A stretch of 64,000 bases of DNA from Camelus ferus (lineage: Eukaryota): the NCBI RefSeq assembly GCF_009834535.1, contig NC_045696.1, positions 19,346,001 to 19,410,000 on the forward strand, read 5' to 3'. Positions 37,191 to 51,790 of this stretch are shown here, one piece after another. The notes under the pieces were generated by a model. That model was not told the origin of the DNA, searched no databases, and was given only the letters and a program-made list of their open reading frames with translations. A program made the position numbers and the translations under genes. Within the stretch, counting starts at the first letter, position 1; the number at the start of each line of letters is the position of its first letter.

Positions 37191-37867
37191 CTGGAGCAGT
37201 CAGGTGTTTTTTTTTGCACCTATTATGTATGAGACATTGCACCAGACTGAGGATGGGTGGGAAGAATCCCCTTTACATTCAAAGGCTCAGGATTCATTCA
37301 GTTCAGTAATTGCAATGGCTTTAACACTGTCTTTGTGGTGCTGAATTTTAGAACACCTATATGTTAACGAATTGACACATTTGGATAATCATAAGAGAAA
37401 ATAAATCCTCCAAAACTTTTTGATTAACTTTAGGAAATAAATTTGAGTGGCAAGTTGGTATATAAGGGTAAAGCTCTTTCTTGTCTCCTGATAGCATTCA
37501 TAAAAAGGTGAAAATAAAAACTTGGAAAGACGGACAATAAAATTTTATTGCTAGAATGAACTTATTGGTATGGAAATGAAAGTCAGGTGAAAGTTATTTA
37601 AAATGAGGAAAAGTGGAATATCAGATCTTCACAAGGACAAGAAAATGCCTAAAACCTAGCACACAGAGCATGTGTAACATTCTCAGAGCATTTCTGAATA
37701 AAATTCAAAATGCAGCCACAGCAGTGATGCACAATTTCTTACACTATATTTTAGGTCACACACACATCAATATGTTATGCATTAAATTGATATGGAATAC
37801 ATTCCTAAACATCCGTGCCAGTATTCATAAGGGTAAGAAGCTCGATTGTCTGTTGCTGAGTTCAATA

Positions 37868-38208
37868 TTTTTTTTCTAATATTTTATTGTAGTCAAATAC
37901 ATATAACATAAAATTTACCATTTTAACCATTTTTGAGTATAAAGTTTGGTGGCATTAAGTACATTGTTATTGTTGTGCAATTATCACCACTAACCATCTT
38001 CAGAACTTTATCTTCCCCAACTGAAACTCTACCCTTTAAACACTAACTCCCCATTACCACTTCCCTCCAGTCCCCGGCAACCATCATTCTACTCTCCATC
38101 TCCATGAACATGACTAGTCTAGATAACCTCATATAAATGAAAGTATACAACAGTTGTCATTTTGTGACTGGCTTATTTTACTTAGCATAATGTCTTTGAG
38201 TCAACCAT
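37868..38208 (-). mobile_element. L1MB-type LINE-1 3' end
   Basis: acatataacataaaatttaccattttaaccattttt...ttttgtgactggcttattttacttagcataatgtc. Confidence 0.85.
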
Positions 38209-38580
38209 GTCCTGAGTTGAATTCTCCCTGAAAAACCTATGCCAATTTTCCTAAGAGCAGTGGAAATATTCAAAATAAAAGATGTGCTTCACTGTGAACA
38301 TAAAAGTCTGCAGTGCTTGACATGTATGTTTTCTGAACTCCCATATTCAATCAACCACCTTGTATCATTCTATCCCCAGGTAATTACAACCTGAGTATAA
38401 TAATAACAATAATAATAAGTGCATATGTCAAATTATTTAGCTAAATAAATATTGCTTCTGCCATTATGATAACTTTTTTACCTTGTTTCTTCATTCCCAT
38501 TCTCCCCAATCACACAGCAGCCATGATATATGCTCCATATAGCAGCCATGATAATCTTTTAGAAACAAATTGGATCATGT

Positions 38581-39370
38581 CACAGTCACTATGGAAAACT
38601 ATATAGAAGTTCCTCAAAAAATTAAAAATAGAACTACCATATGATCCAAAAATTTCACTTCTGGATATTTACCCTAAATAAACAAAAACACTAATTCAAA
38701 ACACTATATGCACACCAATGTTCAGTGCAGCATTATTTTCAATGGCCAAGATATGGAAGCAAACTAAGTGTCCACTGATAGATGAATGGATAAAGAAAAT
38801 GTGGTGTTTGTGTGTGTGTGTGTGTGTATGGTGTATATATGTGGTGTATATATATGGTATAAATATTAAGTGGAATATTACTGAACCACAAAAAAAGAAT
38901 GAAAGTTTGCCATTTGTGATAACGTGGTTGGACCTTGAGGCTATTGTGCCAAGTAAAATAAGTCAAAATAAGTCAGGCAGAGAAAGACAAATACCATGCG
39001 ATCTCACTTACACGTGGAATCTAAAATACAAAACAAACCAGCAAAACAAAATAATAACAGACTCATAAATACAGAGAAGAAACTGGTAATTGCCAGAGGG
39101 GAGGGTGTGAGGGGGTGGAGTTGAAATAGGTGAAGGGGATATAGAGGTAAAAACCTCCAGTTATAAAATAAATAAGCCACAGGGCTGTAATTTGCAGCAT
39201 GAGGAATATGGTCAACAACATTGTATGAATCTGTATGAGGACAGATGGTTACTAGACTAGACGTGTAGTGGTGATCTTTTCACAGTGCATGCAAATGTCA
39301 AATCACTATGTAGTACACCTGAAACTAACATAATATTGTACGTCAACTATATTTCAATTAAAAAAAAAAA
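38581..39370 (+). mobile_element. 5'-truncated LINE-1 inserted into an L2
   Basis: ORF2 C-terminus (MFSAALFSMAKIWKQTKCPLIDEWIKKMW), 3'UTR and poly(A). Flanking near-duplicate tggatcat on both sides. Confidence 0.9.
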
Positions 39371-39830
39371 CTGGATCATTTTACTCCTCAAGTTAAAATC
39401 TGAGTGTTTTTCCTTTCTCTTAGGATAAACCTGAGCTCCTCACCTTGGTCTTCCAGGCTCTCTGTGCCCTGGCTTCTCCTCCCCTCCCCACATTTATCTC
39501 TTAGATGCACTCACTTCCTTTCAGCAGCCCCTCAGGGCTGCAAGCCCCCACCCATCTCTCAGACTTTGCTTTTCTATTTCCCTGGCATGCTCATCCTTCC
39601 TTTGATTCTGTCTAAATCCATACCCTCTTTGTTTCCTTACAGAGCACCTGGTTGTTCTTTTCCATTTATTGCCATTTCAAAATTCATACTTGTCTGATTA
39701 TTTGTTAAAAATACGTGCCAGGCACCATGTTGGTTTTGTTTACTACCATATAGCCAGGACTTAGCACGGCACCTGGAAGACAGCAGTCACTCTGTCTGTG
39801 AATACTGATTAAATGGACGAATGAGTGATG
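39371..39830 (+). mobile_element. L2 3' portion (continues from about 38500-38580)
   Basis: ggatcattttactcctc...taggataaacctgagctcctcacc...cttagcacggcacctgg...gaatgagtga. Confidence 0.6.
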
Positions 39831-41029
39831 TCATGCTATGAAGGTGAAGAATGATTTTTCTCTAACACATGTGTCTGACAATAAGTGAGTAAAATTGCAT
39901 AGAGTTCCGGAAACTTCCAGAGTCACCTCAGGCTACAGATCCCTTTAACTGACTCATTTGAAAAACAAAGAGGTGTGCATTTTTCATTACCTTTGCCTTA
40001 AAGTTGTTTAGAGTCATGGGTAATGATTTTCTTACTGTGAAAAAGTTGCTTCCTTTGGAAATCAGGTTTAGAAGTTTCCATGACTCTCTTTTATGCCCTA
40101 AAGTTAAACTTCGAGTCAAATAAGTAAACTGGCATTCAGTGGTCAAAGGAAGAAGAAAGGAGGGGATAATAAAAAGACTCATATTTTTTAAAGAAAAAGC
40201 AGGAAAAGACAAATTTGTTTTGGTCAAAAAGGATAATGATTTTGAAGTAAAAATTTGGTTCCCATTCTGATTCTCAACTACTTTGTAAAATTCAACACAT
40301 TGATTCCTGGTGCTGCCTGTAATATTGAATGGAATTGTAATTCTTGCTGGAGCTACCTTCCTGGATTGTTGATCATTAAAACCAAAACGGCATTTTACAC
40401 ACTTTAAAGTCCTTTACGAATCTATTATGATAATAGATCTGAGTGGATGCGTTTAAGTGCCGAGCCCCTGTGGGATGGTAACAAATGTAAGATACAGTTT
40501 ACTCACATCACAGTTGCTTAATTGCTAACATCTAAGAAAGTTAAAGAAAGAATGCATACATTTGGATTTTGAAGAGTAACGCTGTCAAATACAGGTTTGT
40601 TAAGGAGGTAAATAGGTCAATTCATTGATTTTGCTGTTGCTTTATTTCCGAGATAGTAGCTGAAAGCAATGACCACATTCTGTTTTACATGCTCTATTTC
40701 ACAATATAATTCCCAGTTTTCCACTTCCACTGAGAGTTAGCAGGACTGTTTTTCATTAAAATCATGGCATATTTTGATTTTCCACTTCAGTTTTCCAGGG
40801 AGAACATGGCTCTGAAACCAGCCATGTGTGCTGCACTCCCCTTGAGAAGCACCACTATTAATTGGAACAAAAATGTTTGAATAGCAAATGTCACTGAATC
40901 TCTCAGGATGTCTTAAGCTTCTGCAGCTATGAGAAAGCATAAAGGAAGTCATGGCTGCATTATCTGGAAGAGCTAAGGAAACAAGAGGGATCTTAAATTT
41001 TGCCAACATGTTACAAAGTTCAGCACTTT

Positions 41030-41255
41030 GAATTCATCAGTTAATAGCATTCACTGCGTATCTTTTATGTGTCAGGCATTTAACCTAGTTATATGGATAC
41101 AGAGATGAGTAAGAAATCCCTGTCCCTGTGGGAAATACAGTCTACAGAGGAAGAAAGACATTATCAAGTCAAAGAATAATGTGATAAGTGGCAAATGAAA
41201 AAGTACAATGTGCTGTTTGCACACCAGAGGGAATAAATCTGCGATAAGGAGTTAG
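41030..41255 (-). mobile_element. L2 3' fragment
   Basis: atgtgtcaggcatt...ggatacagagatgagtaagaaatccctgtccct. Confidence 0.6.
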
Positions 41256-41259
41256 GGCA

Positions 41260-41769
41260 TGTGGGCTAGTTAGCTATTGCTGTGAAACTAATCACTCCAA
41301 AATTTAGTGGCTTAAATCAACAAGGATTTATTTAGTTCTCAAGTTTGCAAAAGAGCTAGCAAGCGGCTTTGCTCGTGTGTCTGTGGTGGGACATGCTGAT
41401 CTTGACTGCACTATCACATACATACCTGGGTCTCAGCTGACAAGCTAAACTGGCTCAATTCTGTCTGGTCCATGTGGTCACTCATCCTGCGGTGTGTTAG
41501 CCCCGGCTTGTTTATATGGCAGTCACGCAGCGGGGAAAAGTGAGAATCAGAAATGTGAAAGGACTCTCGAATCTTAGGCATGGAACTGGCATTGCATCAT
41601 GTCCACGACACCCTGTTAGTCAAAGTGCATTTCAGGTCCAGCTCAGACCTGAAGGAGTAGGAAAATGGACTCTTTGTCTTGATGGGAAGAGCTGCAAAAA
41701 CATTTTGCAAAGAATCATGGATATAAGGAAGGAAGTAATTGTTGCCATTTTTGCGAACAATCTACAACA
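41260..41769 (-). mobile_element. MaLR MLT1H-like LTR
   Basis: agttagctattgctgtgaaac...aaaatttagtggcttaaa...cttgatgggaagagctgcaaa...gccatttttgcgaacaatctacaaca. Confidence 0.8.
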
Positions 41770-44605
41770 GATAATAAATAACAAGTGATTTTGACCTGTC
41801 TTGAAGTTTGTCTACAAACTGGAGAAGGATATAATATTCTTTGATATTACTAAGGATAGGGATTAATCTGAGTTTAATATACTTTATAGAATGTTTCATT
41901 TCTTCATCTCACCAGCACCATTGAGACAGTACAGATATGGAAACTCTGCCACCACCAAACTCTCCTGTTTCAGTCCTGTGTGAAAAACTTGACTACTCCT
42001 GTTTACTAAACTAATGACTCAAGTTTATTCAGGGTGACTGCTTTTTATTTATACTATTTACAGCTTGGATAACCCACCCAATATCTTCCTAGAAATTCAA
42101 CTTCTTATATACTCTACAGTTGTTGATTTCTCAAGAAATGATGCAAACTCAGTACTGCTAGTATTTGCATTAGAGGGATAGTAAGAAGGCTAAAATGGAA
42201 TCTTAAGATGGAGATTAGATTAGTAACTTCAGGCTAACTTGTGGAGGATCTTCCTTAACAGTCTTAGGAATTTTTACTTCTTTCTGAAAGAGCGATTAAC
42301 ATTACCATTAATGTGAATACAAAGAGGAAACGTGATCTGACAATGGAGTGAAATTTACAATCCCTGTAAAATCAGAAGAAGAAAAAAGCAATGTTATAGC
42401 ATCAGAGAGCTGTAACTAGAGATGCTGATGGGTGATATGTAGAAGGTGGATGATACCCAAGTCTGAGATAAGATGATCAGGAAGGAAGCTACAGCAGTGA
42501 ACATGGACATAAGGAAGGAGATTGGATCAGTGATTGTTACTACTTTCGTATAAGATGAAGGAACTTCATAAAAATGAAATAACATGTATGTATGCCTTAG
42601 TTTACTTTACATATATATAAATCTGCCATATAAACTCAAAACTTTCCAGATTATATTCCATTGGGTATTTTCAGTCAAATGTAAGATGGCAACAAAGCTT
42701 AGATTCATGATTTACATCCTACACAAATTATTTATCATTATATCAATTGTCATTCAAATAAAATTTCTATGTGATAGGACAAAATGATCTCATTTACCGC
42801 CTATGAGTTTGTATTTCACATATTTGTTTTCTACAATTGAGGATCAAACTAAACATCTAACTGCATTATATTAACAAAGATGTAATTTAACATTATGACT
42901 TTCAGAAAAAATTCTGATTGATCTGCCTACCACATGTTGCAATGTTATAATTAGAAAATATCAATTTGATGAATGAATAAGAATGGTTCTGATACTTTGA
43001 ACCACAGCAGTCAATAAATGTTTTTATGCACAAAATTTCAGAGATTATATATAGTTTATAAACCAGGAAAAATTTTTTAAATAAAACAAGCATACATACC
43101 ATTTATTTTATTATCACAAAAATAATACAGTTTATAATAATTTGTTTTCATGGAATAGGTACAATATTATTAGAATTATGATGGGTATTATGATAATCAC
43201 AAATTCAAAATTATATATTTAAAATACTCTGGAGATTTATGATTGTTTTGCTTTAATATTAAATCAATGTATAAAGTCAAACTGAGTTTCAACAATAAAC
43301 TAACTTAAAATAAAACAGAAGACAGTAGAATCCTTGGAAGCAAGAATTCCTGTGCAAAATTTGTTTTTCAGTGGATCCAAATGTCATTGTGTTTTACAAA
43401 TTTGTTTTGGGGAAAAAAATAAAGCATCAAGAGTTCTCCACTTTAATTAAACTTGCATGCATTGGTAGAGAATATTCAAGCATAATACATCATTTTCAGA
43501 AATAAGACTTTCACTTTGGGGCAAAGAAAGTAATTAAAAACTAGAAGAACTGATACAAATAACTTTACAAAAGTGAAATATATTATAGTGGGAAGGGGAG
43601 AAATTAAACAAGAAGCATGATTAACATACTCATTATTTGATTGTATGAATAGTTAGGCTCACTCAGAGAATAGAAACTACCACCAAAATGTACAATCAGC
43701 CAAGTCAATGATTTATTAAATAAGTATTTCTTGAGCATCTATCATATTACAGCCCATGGCTTGTTTTCTAGTTGGAGAGGCAGATAGACTTTCTTCTAGG
43801 TAATAAATGCTCTGAATAATAACTTTTAAAATGATAGAGCAGTGGACCCAATAGGACCACATCAAGGTTGCTTACATGTAAGAAGGTAAATAAAGTATTT
43901 AAACATAAATTAGGAATTAACCAAAACTGAAAAGAATAAAATAGCTTTGTTTCACCAATGTAATTAAATAATACAATCAACTTATTGATTAAAAAAGCTA
44001 ATATGATTCCCTTTCAAGGATTTCTCAAGCTCAGCTGATACATAAGCCCAGAGGCTATTTTTTGCATATAAATTAGGCAATCTTTATATATATTTGTATT
44101 TGTTGAAAATACAAAGTTTGTAGAAGGAATTTTGGAATTTGATTTAAAAGCACATTTTAATAGCTTAACTGAATCATCTTTAAGGTTAAACTAGTTAGTT
44201 ATTGGAGTTATTCTCAATCCCCATTGCATGCGTAGAAAGCATGAGCTTCCATTTTGGCCCATCTATCTTCCCTACTGGGCATTCACATCAAGAAGAAGGC
44301 TCCTTAACTTTAGGTTGGCAGAGTGATTATTTTCACTAACTGTGAATAAGTGTTATTCACTAAACATAAATGAATCTATTATCAATAAATGCTTTTGAAT
44401 ATATTCACCAATGAATACAGGCATGAATGAATAAACAAATTATGACATTGTCTTGTATGGCCAGGGGAAGGAAGGCATCTAATTTCTTAAAACAGCACAT
44501 CAATACACCTGTCTGCTTCACTGCCATGCAACTTTTCTAGCTTTTTAAATTAAATGACATACACTTACATACAATTCCCCAAGGAAGACAAATGCTCAGG
44601 GTGTC

Positions 44606-44760
44606 ATATATATATATATATACACATACACATATATATGATATTTACATACTGTATATGTATAGGATTTTGCCAAAAACTATAAGTAGTTTTTGGCATA
44701 TACCCATACACACACACACACATACACACATACATACATATCTATCTATATCTATATATA
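44606..44760. repeat. Mixed (TA)n/(CA)n low-complexity tract
   Basis: Direct reading. Confidence 0.85.
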
Positions 44761-45349
44761 CAAACATAGATAAAAGCCAAGCTACCTTCAGTCTTTCCTA
44801 CTTTGTTGAGTAATTTTGGAATCCACAGAAAAAGCACTTTAACTAACAAATATGTAAACTTGAAAGGACTGGCAATAATATATATTTAAAAAGTGATTGA
44901 AGTATACACAGTTTGACCACATGAGAAGCATCAAGAAATGAAGTCAAATACTTATGGATTTTTTAAAGATATTTTATATACAAATACATACTGAAAACAG
45001 AGAAGGCAGAATAAATAAGGTCAGATACGTGTTTGAAAATATATTGAAGGATATTCTTTGAAAACAAGGCACTTCAATGTTGTAAAATTTACATTCATTA
45101 AAAAGAGAGACTCAAATACGTGCAAAAAGGAGATCCACATTATTGATTCAAAAGAATAAAGGAGACTTTAACGTCAAGGGAGAAAAATAGCCTATGTGTT
45201 AGAGGAAATTTAAACTGTTCAATTCAACAACATAAACTTCTACTGATTGTGGAAGGATGTAAATATTACTCACCATTCTTCCCTTTGTGTATGTATAAAT
45301 CCACACATTTACAGCACATTTTGATTAGGCTGAAATAACTTTGGATTTC

Positions 45350-45489
45350 GACTGGATTACACTGTCTTTCAATAGTGTCTTTCAGGATCTCCAGCTTGCA
45401 GACAGCAGAGCATGGGATTTCTCAGCCTCCATAATTGTGTGAGTCAATTCCTCATAACAAATCTCTTCTAAGTTATATATGCATATATC

Positions 45490-45541
<52 letters not shown>

Positions 45542-45587
45542 CAGACCTCCTGCTGGTCCTGTTTCTCTAGACAACCTGGCTAATACA
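45350..45587 (+). mobile_element. MLT2 (ERVL) LTR 3' part with internal (GATA)n at 45490-45540
   Basis: tctccagcttgcagacagcag...tgggatttctcagcctccataattgtgtgagtcaattcc...ctgtttctctagacaacctggctaataca. Confidence 0.85.
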
Positions 45588-46530
45588 GGGAGAGATTATT
45601 ATACCACTTCCATTGATTCTGGTTATTCCATCTGGTTCTCCTAATAGAAGACTGCAAATCCCAAGTTAATATTTTAATGTTTTTTTTTCTTTTAACTCTA
45701 AAATTTTTCACTGAAAGGGGCCCTGAGTGTCTTTTTAAAACAATTTTAATTAGATTTATTTTACAGAACATACAATTGACCCATTTAAAGGTACAATTCA
45801 ATTTTTTTAGTATAGCCACAGAATTGTACAATCATCACAACATGAATAATTTTAGAATATTTGTCACCCCAACATGAACCCTCATACTCATTAGCAGTCG
45901 CTCCCTGTGTTCCTGCCACCCCCTGCAAACACCTAGCCTTAGGACATCCCCAATCTACTTTTTGGCTCTACAGATTTCTTTATTCTGAACATTCCAGGTA
46001 AATTCTATCATACAGTAAGCGGTCTTTTGTGACTGGATCCTTTCATTTAGTATAGTGTTTTCAGGGTTCATTCTGGTCATAACCTCTATCTGTGCTTTAT
46101 TTCTTTTTATTGATAAATGTTACCCTTATACAGCTCTGTCACTTTTTATTTATGCATTTATGAATTGATAGACATTTGGGTTGTTTCAAATTTCTGGCCA
46201 TTATGCATAGTGCTACTATAAACATTCATGTACAAGTTTTTGTGTGGACATGTCTCTTGGATTTACTTGGGAGAGGAATTGCGGGGTCAAATGGCATGTT
46301 TAACCATTTGAGGAACTTCCATAATGTTTCCTAAAACCTTTTGATTTTCAAAGCTTTTATACATTCCCACAAAGAATGTATGAGGGCAACAATGTCTCCA
46401 CATATTCACCAACATCTGTTATTTTCTGTCTTTGATTACAAACATCTTAAAAGAGATAAAACACCGTCTCAAAGAGGTTCTGATTTACATTGCCCTATTG
46501 ACTAATAATTTTGAGTGAGTGGTTTATTTG

Positions 46531-46532
<2 letters not shown>

Positions 46533-46572
<40 letters not shown>
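46533..46572. repeat. (TG)n microsatellite
   Basis: Direct reading. Confidence 0.98.
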
Positions 46573-46575
<3 letters not shown>

Positions 46576-47288
46576 ACGTGTGCACTTATTGGCTATTTGT
46601 ATGCCTTCTTTAGAGAAATTTCTATTCAGATTTTTTTGTCCATTTTGAATTAGATTCTTTGTATTTCTACTACTGAGTTATAAGTGTTCTTTATAATTCT
46701 GGATACATATTCCTTATCAGATATATGAATACTCCTGTTTTGTGGGTTGCCTTTTCAATTCCTTAATAGTATCATTTGTAGCACAGAAATTTATAACTAT
46801 GGTGGAGTACAAATTATCTTTTTCTTTTTCCTTTTTTGGTCACTTTGTCCTTTCAGTGTCATATCTAAGAAACCATTGCTTAATGCAAAGTCATGAACAT
46901 TTATGAAGTTTTTTTCCTAAGAGAGCTGTAATTTTAAGCTATTATATTTAATTCTAAAATACATTTTAGTTAATTTTGAAGATTGGTGTATTAAAGGACT
47001 TCCGTATTATTATTTTCCATGTGTATATCCAGTAGTGTAAACATCATTTTTTGAAAAAACTATTATTTTCCTGTTGAATTGAGTTTGGCACCCTTGTCAA
47101 AAATAAATTGACTACAAATAAAAGGGCTTATTTCTCTAATCCCAAGTCTACTTCATTGATCTACGTGTCTAGTCTGTAGTAGTTCACACTATCTTGGCTG
47201 CTGTAGCTTTGTAGCAAGTTCTGAAATCTGGAAGTGTGAGCTTCCACATTTTTTATTAAGGTAGTTTTGGCTCTTTTATGTCCTTTGT

Positions 47289-47677
47289 TGTATTAGTTTG
47301 CTAGGGCTTTCATAATAAGGCACCATGGGCTGGATGATTTAAACAACAGAAATTCTATTTTCTCATGATTCCGGATGCTAGAGTAAAAGATCAAGATGTC
47401 AGCAAGTTTAATTTCTTCTAAGCATTTTCTCATTGACTTGCAAATGGCCATCTTCTCCCTGTGTCTTCACACAGTCTTCTCTCGATGTCTGTCTGTGTCC
47501 AAATTTTCTCATCTCATATAGACTCCATTCATATTGATTTAGGGTCCATCATAATGACTTTATTTTAATTTAATTACCACTTTAAAGACCTTAACTCTAA
47601 ATACAGTCACAGTCTGAGTTACTGAGGCTAAGACTTTGGCATATGAATTTAGGGAGAATGCAATTCACTCCACAACA
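47289..47677 (-). mobile_element. MaLR MLT1A/B solo LTR
   Basis: tgtattagtttgctagggct...aaacaacagaaatt...aaatacagtcacagtctgag...catatgaattt...caaca; the L1 sequence resumes on both sides. Confidence 0.85.
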
Positions 47678-50629
47678 CTTACATAACCATGTGAATTTTA
47701 GAACCAATTTGTCATGAAACAAAAAGAAACCTAGGACTTTGATATGGATTGTGTTGAATCTGTACATAAATTTGGGGAATACTGCCATGTTAATATTGTT
47801 TTCTGATCCAAAGCACAGGATGTGTTTCTACTTATTTAGATGGTCCTATAATTTCTTCCAATAATGATTCATAGTTTTCAGCATACAAGTCTTGGGCCTG
47901 TTTTGTTAAATGTTTTTCTAAGTAGTTTATTCTTCAAGCTATTGTAAATGATACTCTTGTCCTAATTTATTTTTTAATTTTTATTGCTAGTCCATAGAAA
48001 TACAATTGATACTGTACATTGATTTTTTTATATAACCACAATTATTTATTAGTTTTAATTTGTGTGCATCTGTTTAGATGTCTGTGTGATTACTTGTGTG
48101 TATTGCTTAGAATATATCCTGTCATGTCATATGCAAGTAGAAATAGCTTTGATTCTTTCTTTCCAATTTGAATGCCTTTTATTTCATTATCTTACCTAAT
48201 TTCCTTGAGGAGAAGTACCAGTACAATGTTGAATAAAAGTCGTGAGAGCAGACATCCTTGTCTTGTGCCTTATCTTAAGAGGAAACCAGTGTGTCTTGAA
48301 GCCATCACCCTAAGTGGGAGCTGTGTCAGGGTGATTGGAGTCCAACATTGTTGGACTGCCCTGTTTTTGTGGGCACTGTTTGGGAAGTGAACCCTGGTTC
48401 TCTTAACTGCATTTGCTGTCATAGAGCTTCTGCAACAGAGCTACATAGCATAAGAGTTTCTGGTGTGCTGTCCCTCCCAGGGTGACACTGTAGCCCTAAG
48501 ACTGAGAGCTACATGGAGAAAGGGCCCCATCTTCTCACCTATACAAGCATGGGGCACAACCTCCATCACACTAAGCTTGGTGTAGAGGGGACAGGTTGTG
48601 GTGAGACTGTACAGATACTGGCTGTTTTTACTACAGTAGATTGTCTTGAATAATTGTTTCTCCACTTGATATATGCCCTTAGTTACATTTCCAGAGACTT
48701 CAAATTGTTGTTTAGGATTTTCACCTGTTAAATGGCCATTCTGCTGAAAGAGTGTTCACTGAGCTCCTCATATGGCCATTCTGTCATTCCGGAAGTTCTG
48801 GCCCCTAAAAAAATGCAAATATAAATGCTCTGAACTTGATTAAATTTCACTATTCTTCTATAATCTTAGGATCACTGAATTCTTAAAGTTACTTAAAATT
48901 ATATCCATTTGATCTGAGGATATCATGCATGTCTTTTTTTATGGTCCAAGATGATAGTCAAGAGTCATTCCAAATCAGTAGTGTTAGACAATGCTTTCTG
49001 TTTTATTTACATTTACTAATTTTTGTGTTCTTTGGGGGTATAATGAATTAGTGATAACAAATTAACTGATTAGCAAGACTCAGCAGAATGCATGCTAGTA
49101 TCTTCATCTTCATGAATATGTGGCTAATAGTTTCTTTTGTGTTTTTCCTTATGGGTCAATGATTTTTTCATGGCCACTGTAAGTTAGACAAATTCAGTCA
49201 ATAGTCTTTTCATCCAAAATTCTCTCCTCTTGGCTGTTATGATTGACTGTTAGTTTAGTCTCCAGGTATTTGATATGAACCAATTAAACTTGAAAGTTGT
49301 CTTGCTTCCTGACACAGAAATGCATTTTAAGCTTACTTTGTACATTTAAGCTCCAAACATGATGAATTTATTTCTCCAAGGACCATGATTCCATTTAATG
49401 GAAATATAGTGTCAAAGAACAAGAATCTGGATGTTTGGATAATTCATGGGGTTAAAAATTACTCCTAAAACTTTTCAATGAATATAGCTAGAAAAATATT
49501 TTAATGTAATTTTATTCTATAATATAAAATTGACATTTACAATACAAGTGAAAGGACATGATTCTGCTCAAATTCTTGATCATTATACTTCTCAAAGTCA
49601 ATTTTCAAATAGATGTGGGAAAGCAAGAGGCAGTTTTTGCTCTGGAACCAGTTATTAAGCAAAATCATGTTTTCATGTTGTAGAGGTTCAGTCTCCAATA
49701 TTATTCCAGTGAAAGTCACAGAAATAAAAACCTGGAAAAGGAACTTAACTAGTTGCAGATTTACAAGAGTGCCTAGCAGAAGATGTTAAATAATCCAATG
49801 CAGTCCTTAAGAATTGTTGCTAACAATGAGAATTATTAGACCACAGTATTTTTCTTCATGACAAGTTTACAATTTTTTTCTAATCTTCTTCCGATCTATT
49901 AAAACCTTTCCTGAGAAAATATGGCTAAAGACATTTACAAATGTTAAAAAAAAGACAAACTTGTGCAAAAAACAAAAGCTTGGATAAAGTATTTGACCGA
50001 GAGTGTTTATCGATCATAAATATCTATTATTAGCAGTTACAGTTTAAATTAAGATAATTTCTTTGGGAAAAGAACACTTTAAAAATCAAATTAAACCATG
50101 GCTATTTACTCTGAATATTCATATAAAGCATAAATCACTAAAATGAAGATTTATAGAAGCACAGGAAATGATTATAAAGGGGATTGCTCTTTCTTCTACT
50201 TATATTTTGTAATAAGAATTTGCCTCCATTGTTGTCTGATGGAGGCTGCACCAGATGTGCTCCTGAAGGTTCTTAAAACATATGAGGTTCCTGGGGGTTA
50301 ATTTCTGCTTCCATGGAAACTACCCTGGTGTGCCCCAGTTTTAAATGACTTCCTGCAGGCTGACACCTGGAGGCACCTGCTCAAAGAAACATCTTTCTTA
50401 GAGCTGGAGCAACACACAAAATGAGAAAAAAGTTTCACGTTTATCTACCTCTGCTTTAAATATCCCAATTAACATTTTCAATTTTTTAGGAAGTTATTTC
50501 TTTGGAATACACTTAGTTACAATTTTTTTAATGGTCATTTAATTGCTTAGCCATACTGGTAGTTTAAGAACAGCTCTTCTGACATGTAAGAGGTATGCTA
50601 TACCCACTGATAAAGGAATCACTAATGGG

Positions 50630-51790
50630 TCATTTGTTCACTAATTACATTATTTGGCAAATGTTCATTTGATGTGCTTACAGAATAAGAAATAATTAAG
50701 ACACAGATGCTGGCCCCAAGAATCTAGCAATACATTTGGAAAACAGGTCTACAAAAGAGATTATTCTAAGACAATCTGGAAAGTTCAATGAGTACAAAGC
50801 ATACAGGGTAATTTGTGGATGTGAATATTTAAAAAGTTTATGTTATCAAGCACAGGGAAGAACCAGTCATGGAGATCTCTTTAGAGCAGGTTAGGAGCAA
50901 AGAAACAGTGAGAGAGCAAACAAGGCATGCAGAGCAGAACCATTTTGGCATCTGGATATAGGTAAGATATGGATAATTATCTGGTATAGTAAAAATGGAA
51001 AGTACAATGGAGGGAGTTTAAAATATGCCTGAAAATACAGGTAATGTGGAGGATCACAAAGTCTTTACATTATGGCTTTTAACCCATATATTCTGGGTGA
51101 AAAAGAGCCACTGAATGCTCTACAGCAGAAAGGAAACATAGTCAGGTTTGATTTTTAGATAGGTCTCTCTGGTGGCCACGTGGCAGACGGCTGTGGGCCA
51201 GGGAAGTTTAAAAGTAGGGAAGAGGGAGGGGGCACTACTGTAGGGATCTAGACCAGGAAACGTGAAAGCCTAAAATAACACAGTGAATAGAGGGGTGTAG
51301 AGGAGAAAAGATTAAATGTCTACATGAAAAAAATTCAAAAAGATTTGATAAAGGCTTTGTACTGTGGAAGAAATATCAACTGAGGCCATGTCTTTTACTA
51401 GGCCACCGATCATTCCAACAGCTGAGAGACCCAATATTGGATATGATGAGTTGGAGATGCCTGGGGGTTACCCAGGTAGAAATGATTAGCAGGGAGTTCT
51501 GTGTCTGAATCTGAAGCAGAGGGATACTACTGAGCTAGACAAAGAGACTTAGGGATCCCCCTTACCTACAGGCAGTTGCCAATGTAAAACAGTGGATATA
51601 GTCACCCAGCATAAATGAGTGGACAAAAACAGCAGTGAACAAGTAAGTATAAGATCCAGAGAATGTTGAAAGAGCCGTGCTGCTCTACTTTATGGATAAG
51701 GTCAGTACAAATAGGAAAGCCAGGTCTCAAACTTTTGGTGAAAAAATATGAAATAATTGAGAGGTCAGTGGCAACAAGAGGATTTAGGAT
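50630..51790 (-). mobile_element. L2 fragment
   Basis: aaagagccactgaatgctc...catagtcaggtttgatttttagataggtctctctggtggc...gagttggagatgcctg...ctgagctagac. Confidence 0.65.

Larger units (their letters stand above)
45735..48290 (-). mobile_element. L1MB-type LINE-1 (3' about 2.2 kb) interrupted by an MLT1 LTR and (TG)n
   Basis: acatacaattgacccatttaaaggtacaattca...aaacattcatgtacaagtttttgtgtggaca...gagagcagacatccttgtcttgt. ORF 47597..47788 (PKFMYRFNTIHIK) is an ORF2 remnant. Confidence 0.85.

Noticed and set aside
44342..44360. Hairpin gtgaataa-gtg-ttattcac
   Set aside because: 8-bp AT-rich arms are expected by chance in 64 kb.
51555..51575. Recursive splice site (minus-strand tag|gtaagg)
   Set aside because: Poor pyrimidine tract and located inside a decayed L2.
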